Shown here: one piece after another, positions 39,176 through 48,723 of the stretch
Layout: each line of letters starts with the position of its first letter
Position numbering within the stretch: position 1 is the stretch's first letter
NCBI GenBank assembly: GCA_041739995.1
Contig: JBGSMV010000046.1
Location: forward strand, 9,774 to 73,773
Direction: 5' to 3'
Length of the DNA stretch: 64,000 nucleotides
From: Bdellovibrionota bacterium
Lineage (GTDB): Bacteria > Bdellovibrionota_C > UBA2361 > JBGSMV01
Position numbers and translations under genes: made by a program
The notes under the pieces: generated by a model
Told to the model about the DNA's origin: nothing
Databases searched by the model: none
The model's input: the letters and a program-made list of their open reading frames with translations, nothing else

Positions 39176-39916
39176 TTACTGATAAGATTGTACGAGTCCT
39201 CGTGTGATCAGCAGCCACCCATCGGAAACCACCAAAAGAAGAATTTTCAACGGAAGTGCCACCATGATGGGGCTCACCATCGTCATCCCCATGCCGACCA
39301 GAAGATTTGCCACGATTAGGTCGACCACCAAAAACGGCAATAGCAGCACGAATCCCATCGCAAACGCTTCTTTGATCTCGGTAAGCACGAATGCGGGTAA
39401 CAGCACTCGAAGCGAGAGCACTTCAGCAGGAGTGCTCGTCCCCTCACCCTCAAGCGGTTGATCAGACGCGGCACCAAGCTCTTTCAAGGCATGAATTTCT
39501 CTCTCTCCGGCATGCCGCTCTAAAAACCGCCTAAGCGGTGCGAATACTTCGACTGCCACCTGCCCGGCCTGCTCCATAGAAAGCGCCCGTATATCTCCTG
39601 CGGGAAGGGCCTTTGCACATTCATCGAATACCGGGGCCATGGCATACCCGGTGATTGCGACCGACATCGCCATCACTACCAAGCCGCTCGGCGTGTGTTG
39701 AGTTCCCAATGCGCTGCGAACCATGCCCAGCACCACACTCACTTTGAGATATGCGGTAAAAAGTCCCATGACCATCGGAACAAGTGCGAACACTGTGGCG
39801 ATAACGATGAACCACCCAGGGTGTATCGCTCCCCATTGGCTTCCTGCGAGCTGCGCGGCACCGCTTTGAGCTGAACCGAAGTGTTGCTCGATTCCTGCTA
39901 TCAGATCAGGCTTCAT
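39176..39916 (-). CDS. fliP: Type III export-gate protein SctR/FliP
   Basis: TAYLKVSVVLGMVRSALGTQ, LPAFVLTEIKEAF, PFLVVDLIVANLLVGMGMTMVSP...LPLK...DGW. Confidence 0.93.
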   Translation of the reverse strand: MKPDLIAGIEQHFGSAQSGAAQLAGSQWGAIHPGWFIVIATVFALVPMVMGLFTAYLKVSVVLGMVRSALGTQHTPSGLVVMAMSVAITGYAMAPVFDECAKALPAGDIRALSMEQAGQVAVEVFAPLRRFLERHAGEREIHALKELGAASDQPLEGEGTSTPAEVLSLRVLLPAFVLTEIKEAFAMGFVLLLPFLVVDLIVANLLVGMGMTMVSPIMVALPLKILLLVVSDGWLLITRGLVQSYQ

Positions 39917-40289
39917 ACGTTTCTCCACTTGCTAGATGAAATGGTAGAAGCGTGGTCGTTGAGGCGCGCACTTCAGAGATGTGGGGATGCCCAGAAGCTT
40001 CTCTTGTCGTTTTCTGCTCTGCGACTCCCTTCTCGCTCAGTACTTGAACTCCCCGAGAGGAAGTGGCGAGCATCCACTGCCTGTCCCCCCACTCCACGAC
40101 AACAAGGCGTTGCTCCCGACCTATATTGATGGCCTCTCGAATCCGCATACCCACCTCGGCACGTTTTCCAATGCCGATTCTTCGCATGCGCACTGTGCGT
40201 ACGGTGACTCCCCACAACACCAGGAGCACGACGAGAAACGCTGCGCTACGCGCAAGCACTTTCAAATCTTCGGCGTTAAAAATCTCCAT
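39906..40289 (-). CDS. fliO: FliO-like export-gate assembly chaperone
   Basis: Single N-terminal TM then MRIREAINIGREQRLVVVEWGDRQWMLATSSRGVQVL; directly upstream of fliP. Confidence 0.8.
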   Translation of the reverse strand: MEIFNAEDLKVLARSAAFLVVLLVLWGVTVRTVRMRRIGIGKRAEVGMRIREAINIGREQRLVVVEWGDRQWMLATSSRGVQVLSEKGVAEQKTTREASGHPHISEVRASTTTLLPFHLASGETYEA

Positions 40290-40295
40290 ATGTGC

Positions 40296-41354
40296 CTATC
40301 TCCTTAAGTATCCCTGCTGATTTCGTGGCTGCTCTCTATCACCGTCACAAACTTGATATCCTTTGCGGGTGAGTGCTGCTCGCACTTCTCGCAACGATCG
40401 TGAAAGTAGATGTCGATCCGCCAATTTTTCAGGGGCAATCATCATGCTGACTTGGCCCTCGACTGATCGGGAGATCTGCACCTGCACTACTCGGCCACCT
40501 TCTAACTGATATCCAAATCGCACCGACTTCGGAGCTCCTTGCGCATCTGTTTCGACCCCCGATGTTTCAGAATTTTTCTGTAGGTGTGCAGCAAGGGCCT
40601 GTTTCCATTCGAGGACTCTTGCCGACTCTCCGCGAGCTTCAGGCGCTGACCCTGGTGAATTGAAATTGCGTTGATCTCGACTTTCACTAGAACCCTGCCC
40701 CATGCCGGCATTTCCTTCGGAAAGGCCTGCCAAGTTTGCCAAGTTTGATTCCGGCGCGCTCACGGCGAGCGGCTCCACAGAAGCCACAGATTCTGCAGAC
40801 GAGCATGGCATTTCGGATTCTTTTAAATGCTCGAATGCTCCAGCGCTCGACTTCTTGGTCTTGTCACACTGACGCCGAGAACCGACCAGCTGAGTGAGCT
40901 CGTCTGCTTGCGCGAATTCGCTTTGGATCGCCTTCTTTCGCCCAAGCACTCGAACCATTTCGTCCAGACACTCTGCTCTTTGACGATGAAGACCAAGACT
41001 CTGAGTAGCTTGTGCCACGGTGTCGCGCTGCTCCCGCAGCTTAAGACCTGCAGAGCTCGCCGCAGTCCGTGCGTCTGCACCAATGTGTTGCGCACGCTTA
41101 ACGGCTGCTTCGCAGCATTCTAGGATAAGACGCGGAGAACTATTGGTATGGCCCGGCCGCTCAGATCTCTCCCGTTCAACGCGCGAACGAGCCGCCCCAA
41201 ACGCCGCTTCAAAAGCGCTGCGCTCCTGGGCAGCTTGGCTCTCGGTGACTCGAAGCGAAGAGCTTCGCTGGTGAAGTTGCACTTCGGCGTTTCTCACCAG
41301 ACTTCGCTCGTACTCAGCTCTTCGCTGCACTATTTCGTTATCGAGCATTTCCAT
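40296..41354 (-). CDS. Coiled-coil (SctO/FliJ-like) protein with C-terminal FliK/SctP-like domain
   Basis: N-terminal half is an R/E/Q/A-rich coiled coil; Ser/Gly linker; C-terminal VQVQISRSVEGQVSMMI...LLSRSLREVRAALTRKGYQV; AAGGAG RBS. Confidence 0.55.
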   Translation of the reverse strand: MEMLDNEIVQRRAEYERSLVRNAEVQLHQRSSSLRVTESQAAQERSAFEAAFGAARSRVERERSERPGHTNSSPRLILECCEAAVKRAQHIGADARTAASSAGLKLREQRDTVAQATQSLGLHRQRAECLDEMVRVLGRKKAIQSEFAQADELTQLVGSRRQCDKTKKSSAGAFEHLKESEMPCSSAESVASVEPLAVSAPESNLANLAGLSEGNAGMGQGSSESRDQRNFNSPGSAPEARGESARVLEWKQALAAHLQKNSETSGVETDAQGAPKSVRFGYQLEGGRVVQVQISRSVEGQVSMMIAPEKLADRHLLSRSLREVRAALTRKGYQVCDGDREQPRNQQGYLRR

Positions 41355-41405
41355 CGATCCTCTCCTTGCGAACCGCTGTTGCCGGCGCACTTTCCTTTGA
41401 GGTTG

Positions 41406-41792
41406 TTAGGGCTGTGATTGAAGTTTCTTGAGTGTCCCCTGAAAGCTATCCGCCACCTTTCCAATCATCTCGACTCGCAGATTCAGCTCGCCGGCTTTGA
41501 TTTGGTACATCAGTAGCTCACGTGCGCTGAGCGACTTACCTTGCATGGCGGCATCACGAATTCCTAGCAAATCACGGTGGAGCGCTGTATCGAATACGTC
41601 GCCAATACTTGCGCCTCTCACACTTGCACTTTGCGTAGTTCCTTCTATCCGCGGCTGCTCCTTTACCTTGTCGAGTACCTGCTGGAAACTTGGCTCAGAA
41701 GTCACATTCAGTCGTTGTGGTACCGCAGAGGTGGGCGCAGCCTGTGAAACAGACGACTGTGAAATAGCAAAGGCAGAGGTAATACTTTCCAT
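41406..41792 (-). CDS. SctI (YscI/HrpB2)-like inner-rod protein
   Basis: Low-complexity N-terminus; C-terminal LSARELLMYQ...RVEMIGKVADSFQGTLKKLQSQ; AAGGAG RBS. Confidence 0.6.
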   Translation of the reverse strand: MESITSAFAISQSSVSQAAPTSAVPQRLNVTSEPSFQQVLDKVKEQPRIEGTTQSASVRGASIGDVFDTALHRDLLGIRDAAMQGKSLSARELLMYQIKAGELNLRVEMIGKVADSFQGTLKKLQSQP

Positions 41793-41864
41793 AGGGATGC
41801 AGCTCCTTCGGGCACGGAGTTTACGGATCACCTCACAAGACTTCGGTGACCAGAGTCGAAGCGC

Positions 41865-41891
41865 TAATCGGAGATTTGGTGGAAAAGTTTC
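41865..41891 (-). promoter_or_regulatory. Candidate sigma28-type promoter of the export operon
   Basis: GAAACTTT-N11-TCCGATTA vs TAAAGTTT-N11-GCCGATAA. Confidence 0.4.
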
Positions 41892-42017
41892 CTCCTGAGC
41901 ATATAGGCTCAGGCAGCGCGGTAACCGCCTGGAACGATTTGCAAAAAAAACCACCTTAATGAGGTGTGCAGGAAAACTGCGAGAGGAGTGCTATGAAGGT
42001 TGCGCGCCGAAACCGTC

Positions 42018-43013
42018 CTATCGAGTCTCGCCGTCATCATCGGCCGCCCCGCCTAAAAGATCAGCTGGAGATTTAAGCCCCTGGGGTTCTTCAGGTGAGC
42101 CGACAAAATCTTCGCTTCGAAAATCATCAGATCTTGCGCCAAAGAGAAGGTCGGCGAGGGACACGCTATCGTCATCACCTTCTTCTCCTCGCGCACCCCG
42201 GAGCCCACTAAGACTCACCTCTTCACCCGGCGCCAGTCCAACAGCCGGAGCCTTGAGCCCCCGACGAAACTCGGGAAACACAGGATCGTCGGCTCTGGCT
42301 GGCTCGCCCTGTTCTTCTAGGAGACGATCCAGTGCAGATCTTAATCTAATGACATCGTAGCTCACCCGCAGGGCGACCCCTTGAATGCGAGCCACTAGAT
42401 TCGCTCTGTCAATATTAGAGAACGTGACCTCGGCGAGACGATTCGGATTCCACCTCACGTCCGCCGCTTCAAACGCCCGCCGCAACTCATCCGTAAGTTC
42501 ACGTCGAGCGCTCGCGGCAACGTCAATCGGTTCACTCACTTCTCCATTCCTTTCACCGATCACTCCGCTATTCACTGCTCCATTCACGGCGCGGTTCACG
42601 GCACCATTCAAGCTGCCATTTTGATCAGTCGCAGTCCCTGCCTGGGAATGGGGAGGCTCTGTGTGATCACCGCCCCCCTGAACCGCGCGAGGCTGCGAGG
42701 GAAGCGGTCTTACTGGCGCATCTATCTCGAGAGATGTTTTCTGCGAAAGAATTCGCGGCCGAAGGCGTATCTTGGCAAGGAAATTGGGATCTCGGCGTGC
42801 AAGCACTCCGAAGGGAGAATCCTCTGAAAATCCTCGGGCCGGCCGCAAAGAGCTCGCGACAGGGGGGAGAGAACCAGAGTCTGAGGCGCTGTCCCCGACC
42901 TGCAGCGGCAAAGCAGAGCTCGAAGCCTCATCGGGCTTGTCTATATTTGTGTCCTCTCGTGGTCTTTGCTGCAACATACACCCCCACTTTCTAACAACTG
43001 CGTCAGCGTACAC
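42018..43013 (-). CDS. Hypothetical, largely disordered protein
   Basis: 331-aa ORF filling the gap, central helical segment, NGAV/NRAV repeats; start uncertain. Confidence 0.55.
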   Translation of the reverse strand: MYADAVVRKWGCMLQQRPREDTNIDKPDEASSSALPLQVGDSASDSGSLPPVASSLRPARGFSEDSPFGVLARRDPNFLAKIRLRPRILSQKTSLEIDAPVRPLPSQPRAVQGGGDHTEPPHSQAGTATDQNGSLNGAVNRAVNGAVNSGVIGERNGEVSEPIDVAASARRELTDELRRAFEAADVRWNPNRLAEVTFSNIDRANLVARIQGVALRVSYDVIRLRSALDRLLEEQGEPARADDPVFPEFRRGLKAPAVGLAPGEEVSLSGLRGARGEEGDDDSVSLADLLFGARSDDFRSEDFVGSPEEPQGLKSPADLLGGAADDDGETR

Positions 43014-43091
43014 GAGAGCGGAGAGCTAGAAAAACACTACAAAAACGCTAAATTATGGACAACTTTGTATTTAGTGGGCTCCAGGCACACT

Positions 43092-43541
43092 TTATTTTGA
43101 TTTACGAATCTCAGAAGAGTCAAGGTTGCCGGCTTCATCACGCGCAGAACCAGACGCTAATTCAGCAAGAGTAGCAATAACTTGCGCATTAAAGTCGCGC
43201 TGACGCCGCAGCGTATCTTTAAAAAAGACCCGCAGAATCGGAAACATGCAGCGCTTCGCCGCTACAATGAGTGGTCCAATAAATTTGCGATGCGACGACA
43301 GCTTCCGCGGAGCAACGAGGTCCACTTCCCAGAGCTGACACAGTCGTCTAAGGCGCTCAAGCACTTCGTTAGAAACATTAAGGCGATGGCGCACTGGGAG
43401 AAACGTTACGTCCTGCACGTAACGCACGTCACCTTCCTTAAACGACCCCGAAGCAATCTTCTCTCGCACGCGACCTTGAAGACTGCGTTCGAGCTCCAAG
43501 ACAGAGACCGGTGATTCTTGAGGAACTGAAATCCAACCCAT
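43092..43541 (-). CDS. Hypothetical protein associated with surface-polysaccharide genes
   Basis: SSHRKFIGPLIVAAKR...RQRDFNAQV; follows the GT4 gene. Confidence 0.6.
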   Translation of the reverse strand: MGWISVPQESPVSVLELERSLQGRVREKIASGSFKEGDVRYVQDVTFLPVRHRLNVSNEVLERLRRLCQLWEVDLVAPRKLSSHRKFIGPLIVAAKRCMFPILRVFFKDTLRRQRDFNAQVIATLAELASGSARDEAGNLDSSEIRKSK

Positions 43542-43606
43542 AGTCATTAATCTCACTGGCGGTCTTGCCTGCGACAGCCTTCTGGCTATCCTTCAAAACT
43601 TGGACT

Positions 43607-44743
43607 CTACCCTACTTTCACCAGCTCCTGAAACAGCTGCTCATACTGGGTAGTAACCCCCTCCCACTGATAGCAAAGTTCCGCTCGAGCTCGCGCCGAC
43701 GCCCCAAGATCCTGTGTCTTTTCCGGGCTACACATCAGCTCCGACATACGCCTGGAAAGCACTGCAAAATCATTTTTGGGGTAATACCATCCGGCATCTC
43801 CCAAAACCTCGCGGTGCTCGGGAACATCATTCGCAATCACTGCGTTTCCGTATGCCATGGCTTCCACTAAAGCCGGATGAGTGCCTCCCACCTCAGTGGC
43901 CTGAATGGTAATCGCACAGTGAGAACGAAGCTCCTGGTAAGCTTCCCCGAAACGAAACCCCGTAAAGATAACACCGGGAACCGCGCGCTCGCGCAATTGC
44001 TTCTTATACTCATCGGCATACGGCGCATCTCCGACAATTACTAAAGGCATACGCCGATCCGCTTCGGGTAACATGCGATACGCCTCTATAACTCCGAGCG
44101 CATTATTCTCAGGCTCTAGGCGACTCACATACAAAATAAAATTTCCCGACTTCAATCCGAACTCGGCCAGAGTCGCTCCCGGCTCGCGTCGATGCACCGT
44201 TGCTCCGTATGCGATCACCGTGGACGAAATTCCGTATTGTTCTAAATAGTAGTCGGCTATCACTTTCGCATCGGACACCACTCGTTGCCCAAACCATACC
44301 GAGCAGCGCTCGCCCAGGGAGTACCAAAGTTTGCCGACCTTGTTCCATTTGGTGCGCCGACGTTCAATGCCGTCGACGTTCACCGCGAGCGGAATTTTTC
44401 TTAAGTTCGCAAGCCAGGCGAAGGGACTGTTGGCCGCGTTGCACAGCAACAAAACATCGAAGGCTCTGTCGCCACTACGCAGCGCCACATCGAGGAAACT
44501 AGTCAACGCATGCAGCGGGGTCTCTAGATACTTGTGCATGATGGTGGGAACGACGCGACGTTGCACTCCTTTGAAAGCGCTATCCTCACGGCTTTTCTGG
44601 AAAAAAGGTCGGCGCCCATACACCGTCACTTCATGCCCCTTGGCCACAAGGCGAACAGAGAGCTCCTCTGCAAAGGTTTCAAACCCGCCGTAGGCAGCAG
44701 GAATGCCACGAGTTCCTAAAATTCCGATCCGTAGTCGTTTCAT
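43607..44743 (-). CDS. Glycosyltransferase family 4 (DUF1972 type)
   Basis: IGILGTRGIPAAYGGFETFAE, NVDGIE, VSRLEPENN, EVGGTHPALVEAM. Confidence 0.93.
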   Translation of the reverse strand: MKRLRIGILGTRGIPAAYGGFETFAEELSVRLVAKGHEVTVYGRRPFFQKSREDSAFKGVQRRVVPTIMHKYLETPLHALTSFLDVALRSGDRAFDVLLLCNAANSPFAWLANLRKIPLAVNVDGIERRRTKWNKVGKLWYSLGERCSVWFGQRVVSDAKVIADYYLEQYGISSTVIAYGATVHRREPGATLAEFGLKSGNFILYVSRLEPENNALGVIEAYRMLPEADRRMPLVIVGDAPYADEYKKQLRERAVPGVIFTGFRFGEAYQELRSHCAITIQATEVGGTHPALVEAMAYGNAVIANDVPEHREVLGDAGWYYPKNDFAVLSRRMSELMCSPEKTQDLGASARARAELCYQWEGVTTQYEQLFQELVKVG

Positions 44744-44879
44744 GAACAGCCCTAAAAGCGCCGGTTCCAAGACCCCAGCGCCCCTGACCCTAGCCGCTCG
44801 CGTGAACTCGCTCAACGCAAAAAGTGTTTGAAATATTCCCTGCTTACAGTACTCTCGCGGACGGGAACTTTGCGAAGGA

Positions 44880-47606
44880 GTGAGAAGTTTGGGCTCGTTT
44901 CGCCGAATTCACGACCCCAAGAAAGAGCCACAGGAAGCCTCTAAGGGGGGGCTGTCTCCTGAGATCTCTCCATCAAGTGCCTCCAAGCCCCGTCGTCCTG
45001 GAACTCTAAGCATTCGGGGAAAGACCCAGCCTATCCAAACTATTCAAGTTCAGGCTTATCAAACCGAGCCGGACCAAAGAGCGGCCCTCCATACGGAGCA
45101 GCAAAGCGCCAAGAACCAGGCCAAGAGTAGCGGCTACCCTGATGTCAAATATAACGAGGAGCATAGAAGTGGAGGCAGCGCTTCCCTCGACGAGGCGCAA
45201 GACACCTCATCACTTATCCCGGCTACCACTTCCCACGCCACTCGACCGGTCGAGCAAGACCTGGATGCCGGGGATCTCTCTCTTAGTCAGCAAGATCTTG
45301 GTTCCCGTGGGCTACAGGATTCGCCACCTTCATCTGTCATTCCACAGGGCGAAAGTCTCTTCTCCCGCGCCCTCTCGGACAATGCCCAAGTTCTCGTTTT
45401 CTCCTATTCACCTCAACTCAAACGCCTGGTCTCATGGAGCGGAAACTCCTTGGAGGTCCTCGGTGCCTCGGAATCCTCACTCGTGAGAGATGGAAATCTA
45501 TTTTTAAGACACGTTCACCCCGATGATCGTTTTGGGGTTCTCGCTGCGCTCGAGTGCGCGCTTGAAGGCTCCGCTCCCTATCGCATCGCCTATCGCTGGG
45601 TCCGACCAGATCGCAACGAAGTCCGTTGGCTTTTGTGCCGCGCGGCACTGCAAGACTTCACTCCTGCCCAAGACACGCTAGCGCGCGGTGGCTCAGCGCA
45701 CGCCGGACGAGTGTTGCAGGTCAGTGATGCCAAAAAAGTCGGACCACTTTTTGAGGGAATGATCATCGACGTGTCCGAGACCGGGGCTCGGATTGCTTCG
45801 CATCCGGGAGATCAGGAACTGCCGAGCATCAAATTCCTTGAAGGCCTCCCTGAGTTATTCTTTACCCTCGACAGAGATTTCCGACTCTCACAGACTAATC
45901 GCAGAGAGGCCAAGCGCCACGAAACAGATCGCGATAGGTTCGGTCGCAATGAGTCAACTCGAAGCGACTCTAGTCGGAGCGCTCTGCCGTCCTCTCAACA
46001 TGTTCAGATAGATGCTTTGGACTTTGGGGACACAAACTTCGATGTCACTCGATTTTCTGTCGGTCGCCCGGTACTCGAAGCCTTTGGCACTGAGACTTTA
46101 CGACTGCAATATGGCCGGGTGTTTGAGCAAATTCTGTCCGGGGCACTCGACTCCTACAGAACGCGCCTCAATCACGTTGAACCTCCCCTGATGCTTCAAT
46201 TGTTTCCCGTATGGTCTTCCTCAGGCGAGTTCTCAGCCGGAGAGAACCCTGAGAGAACCAGGGGCGAAATCCATGGCATTCTTGGCATTGTCTCGGAGCA
46301 CTCTGTCGTTGCAGGACTTGAACGCCAAGTCATGGAACTACGCAAAGCTGAGAGCATGAGATCTCTCGCTTCTGGAGTTTCGCATCATGTGAACAATGTA
46401 CTTCAAGGAATATTGGGACAGGCGACACTAATTCAGTCACATCCAGGCGACACCGCTGCGGTCGCAAAAGAAGCGCTCAGCATTAGCGAACTTGTGCAGC
46501 GCGCTTCAGAATTAATGCAGCAGCTGTTCCTTTTCGATGACAGCGCAGGTGGTAGAGAGACCGCGGTAGACCTGAATCTCGCGGTCATGACCGCAGTAAG
46601 CGCCATCGAAGACTTATTTGCCAATCCTATCGAACTTCAGGTCTCATTCGGGAATCCCCTGCCGGTTTTTGCCAAGCAGCCGGTAGTAGTTGAGCTGATT
46701 CAAGAACTGCTTAGAGTCGCGAGAAACTGCGCCCTCTCCCCACATCAACCTTCCCAACGAGCAGCATTCTCTCACCGTTCTCCCATAGAGCGCGTCACGA
46801 GAAACCATCCTGGTGAATCATTTGCCCCACATGAGCGGGTAATTCTCTCGGTAAAGACTCTGCATTGCGATACCGCGCCGGTCGATCTCCGAGGCCTTCA
46901 GAGTGGAAAGTTTTCACAACTTCTTATCGCGGAGCATCCGTCGGGCAGCGAGCCCTCACGCGCTGACGTACAGCGCTCCTCTGCACGTATGGAGTCAGAG
47001 CATGGTGCGGATGTCGCATCCGCACCTTCATCTCCTCTAAGACGCATCCGTAACATTCGCTCGGTCACCAACAACCCCGCTTTTCGTAGAGCCCAAGCCT
47101 CCGCTGCGCGCATGGCGGGGACCATTACCGTGGCACTTGACGACCAGTCGAATTTCGCCTTTTCGCTTTTTCTCCCCTCAGCAAACGTGGACGAGAATTC
47201 TCTTTTCGTTGTCGATCAACACGCCGCACCCGAGGTTTTAATCGTCGATGACGATCTCACTATCTTGGGCACGATAGAGCACCTTTTACGGAATTTCGGC
47301 TACGAATGCGTCACCACACAGTCGGGCTCCAGAGCACTTGCGATGGCGCACGCATATCGCGCGTCCCTTAAGCTCGTCCTGCTCGACGCGATTATGCCAG
47401 GAGAAGACAGCGTCTCCCTACTCTCCTCTCTGCAAAAATTGAATCAGAGCTTAAAGATCGTCGGATTTACTGGTGCCGGGTCAGAAACAAGCAGTCTGAT
47501 GTTAGCAGCGGGGGCTTCTCGCGTTTTGAAGAAGCCCGTGGAACCTAGTCTTTTGAGAGACGTGCTCCACTCCCTCATTGGAACCTCAAGCGCGATGAAT
47601 TCATAG
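44880..47606 (+). CDS. PAS-domain hybrid kinase-like protein with degenerate ATPase domain and C-terminal receiver
   Basis: PAS RHVHPDDR...YRW...VRWL; H-box GVSHHVNNVL; REC VLIVDDD, LLDAIMP, KKPV; no N/G1/G2 boxes; start uncertain. Confidence 0.75.
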   Translation: MRSLGSFRRIHDPKKEPQEASKGGLSPEISPSSASKPRRPGTLSIRGKTQPIQTIQVQAYQTEPDQRAALHTEQQSAKNQAKSSGYPDVKYNEEHRSGGSASLDEAQDTSSLIPATTSHATRPVEQDLDAGDLSLSQQDLGSRGLQDSPPSSVIPQGESLFSRALSDNAQVLVFSYSPQLKRLVSWSGNSLEVLGASESSLVRDGNLFLRHVHPDDRFGVLAALECALEGSAPYRIAYRWVRPDRNEVRWLLCRAALQDFTPAQDTLARGGSAHAGRVLQVSDAKKVGPLFEGMIIDVSETGARIASHPGDQELPSIKFLEGLPELFFTLDRDFRLSQTNRREAKRHETDRDRFGRNESTRSDSSRSALPSSQHVQIDALDFGDTNFDVTRFSVGRPVLEAFGTETLRLQYGRVFEQILSGALDSYRTRLNHVEPPLMLQLFPVWSSSGEFSAGENPERTRGEIHGILGIVSEHSVVAGLERQVMELRKAESMRSLASGVSHHVNNVLQGILGQATLIQSHPGDTAAVAKEALSISELVQRASELMQQLFLFDDSAGGRETAVDLNLAVMTAVSAIEDLFANPIELQVSFGNPLPVFAKQPVVVELIQELLRVARNCALSPHQPSQRAAFSHRSPIERVTRNHPGESFAPHERVILSVKTLHCDTAPVDLRGLQSGKFSQLLIAEHPSGSEPSRADVQRSSARMESEHGADVASAPSSPLRRIRNIRSVTNNPAFRRAQASAARMAGTITVALDDQSNFAFSLFLPSANVDENSLFVVDQHAAPEVLIVDDDLTILGTIEHLLRNFGYECVTTQSGSRALAMAHAYRASLKLVLLDAIMPGEDSVSLLSSLQKLNQSLKIVGFTGAGSETSSLMLAAGASRVLKKPVEPSLLRDVLHSLIGTSSAMNS

Positions 47607-47736
47607 CTAATACAGTGTTGCTGAGCTCTTGCTTTCGACCCCACCTCATGCTCCTCGCGAGTGGGTAGCTTCTTCCCTATTTTTTCGGGCACAATGCCCC
47701 TTAGAAATTTGCTCGGCTTGGTTTAGTTGTCCGTCT

Positions 47737-48501
47737 ATGATTTTGTTTAAGCTTCTCTATTGGGTCGCGCTCATTGGCGCCGTGTTCGCCCTTGTGGCGG
47801 GAACAATCATGCTTGCCCAACTTTTTCACCGCAGTTTTAAGCGCTACTGGTTTCTTTTTCCATTTCTATTAATTCCACCGCTTTTTTTATTGGTGCAAGC
47901 GCCTCAACTTTCATCGCTTCTCTGGCGCTTTCTTGCTTTGTTTTGCGTAGGACTGATGCTGTGGTCAATGTTCAACGGCGCCCTCGCCTCCTGGCTTTGG
48001 ATTAAGCCGTCTAAGCCCATACCCCAACCAGAGGGACTTCGGGAGGATGAAGAACCCCATTCACAGAGCACTCACTCGACCGTTCTTACTTGGGAAGAAG
48101 CCTTGCAAATAGTCCTCGCCCTTGAAGAACGAAGATGGGGATTGGGCTTTCCTCTTGAGTGGCTGGTTACCCAGTGTCAGGGGCTCCCTATTTTGCTGGA
48201 AGCGCTTGAACACCTCAAAGCTCGAGGACATGTCGGTGATGCAGCGAAAGAACGCCACTCTGCTTCCAGCAATTCAAAAGCATCACATGCGAGTCCCCCT
48301 CCTCAAGCACCACACGAAATCCTGGGAGTTGCGCATGACGCGAGCGCAGGACAGATAAAGGATGCGTACAGAGAGCAAATGAAACGCTACCACCCTGATC
48401 GGCTGCATCAATTTGGGCCGGAGTTTGCGGCTCTTGCAACTGAAAAAACAAAGCTCATCCAGCAAGCCTTCGAGCACATGCTCGCTTCCCGCCCAAGCTG
48501 A
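47737..48501 (+). CDS. Membrane protein with C-terminal J domain (DjlA-like co-chaperone)
   Basis: Three N-terminal TMs; PHEILGV...IKDAYREQMKRYHPD...ATEKTKLIQQAF. Confidence 0.85.
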   Translation: MILFKLLYWVALIGAVFALVAGTIMLAQLFHRSFKRYWFLFPFLLIPPLFLLVQAPQLSSLLWRFLALFCVGLMLWSMFNGALASWLWIKPSKPIPQPEGLREDEEPHSQSTHSTVLTWEEALQIVLALEERRWGLGFPLEWLVTQCQGLPILLEALEHLKARGHVGDAAKERHSASSNSKASHASPPPQAPHEILGVAHDASAGQIKDAYREQMKRYHPDRLHQFGPEFAALATEKTKLIQQAFEHMLASRPS

Positions 48502-48509
48502 TAGTCAAA

Positions 48510-48713
48510 CTAGCCCCGTTTCGAATCGATCAGCGCTTTAAGCTTGGCAATTAAAGCTTTTTCTCCAAGGCCAAGTTCCGCTACCCGCAGCTCCTGCTCA
48601 TCAACCATCACTACAGCCTCAAGCCCTTCTCGAAAAGGACGGCGCATAAAGCGGACGCGGTACCTTATGCTTCGGTGCTGAAATGTTTTTGTGTGGCTGA
48701 TTTCGGAACTCAT
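48510..48713 (-). CDS. Small hypothetical protein
   Basis: 67-aa ORF starting 10 nt after the guaA stop, same strand. Confidence 0.55.
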   Translation of the reverse strand: MSSEISHTKTFQHRSIRYRVRFMRRPFREGLEAVVMVDEQELRVAELGLGEKALIAKLKALIDSKRG

Positions 48714-48723
48714 CTCACGTCAA

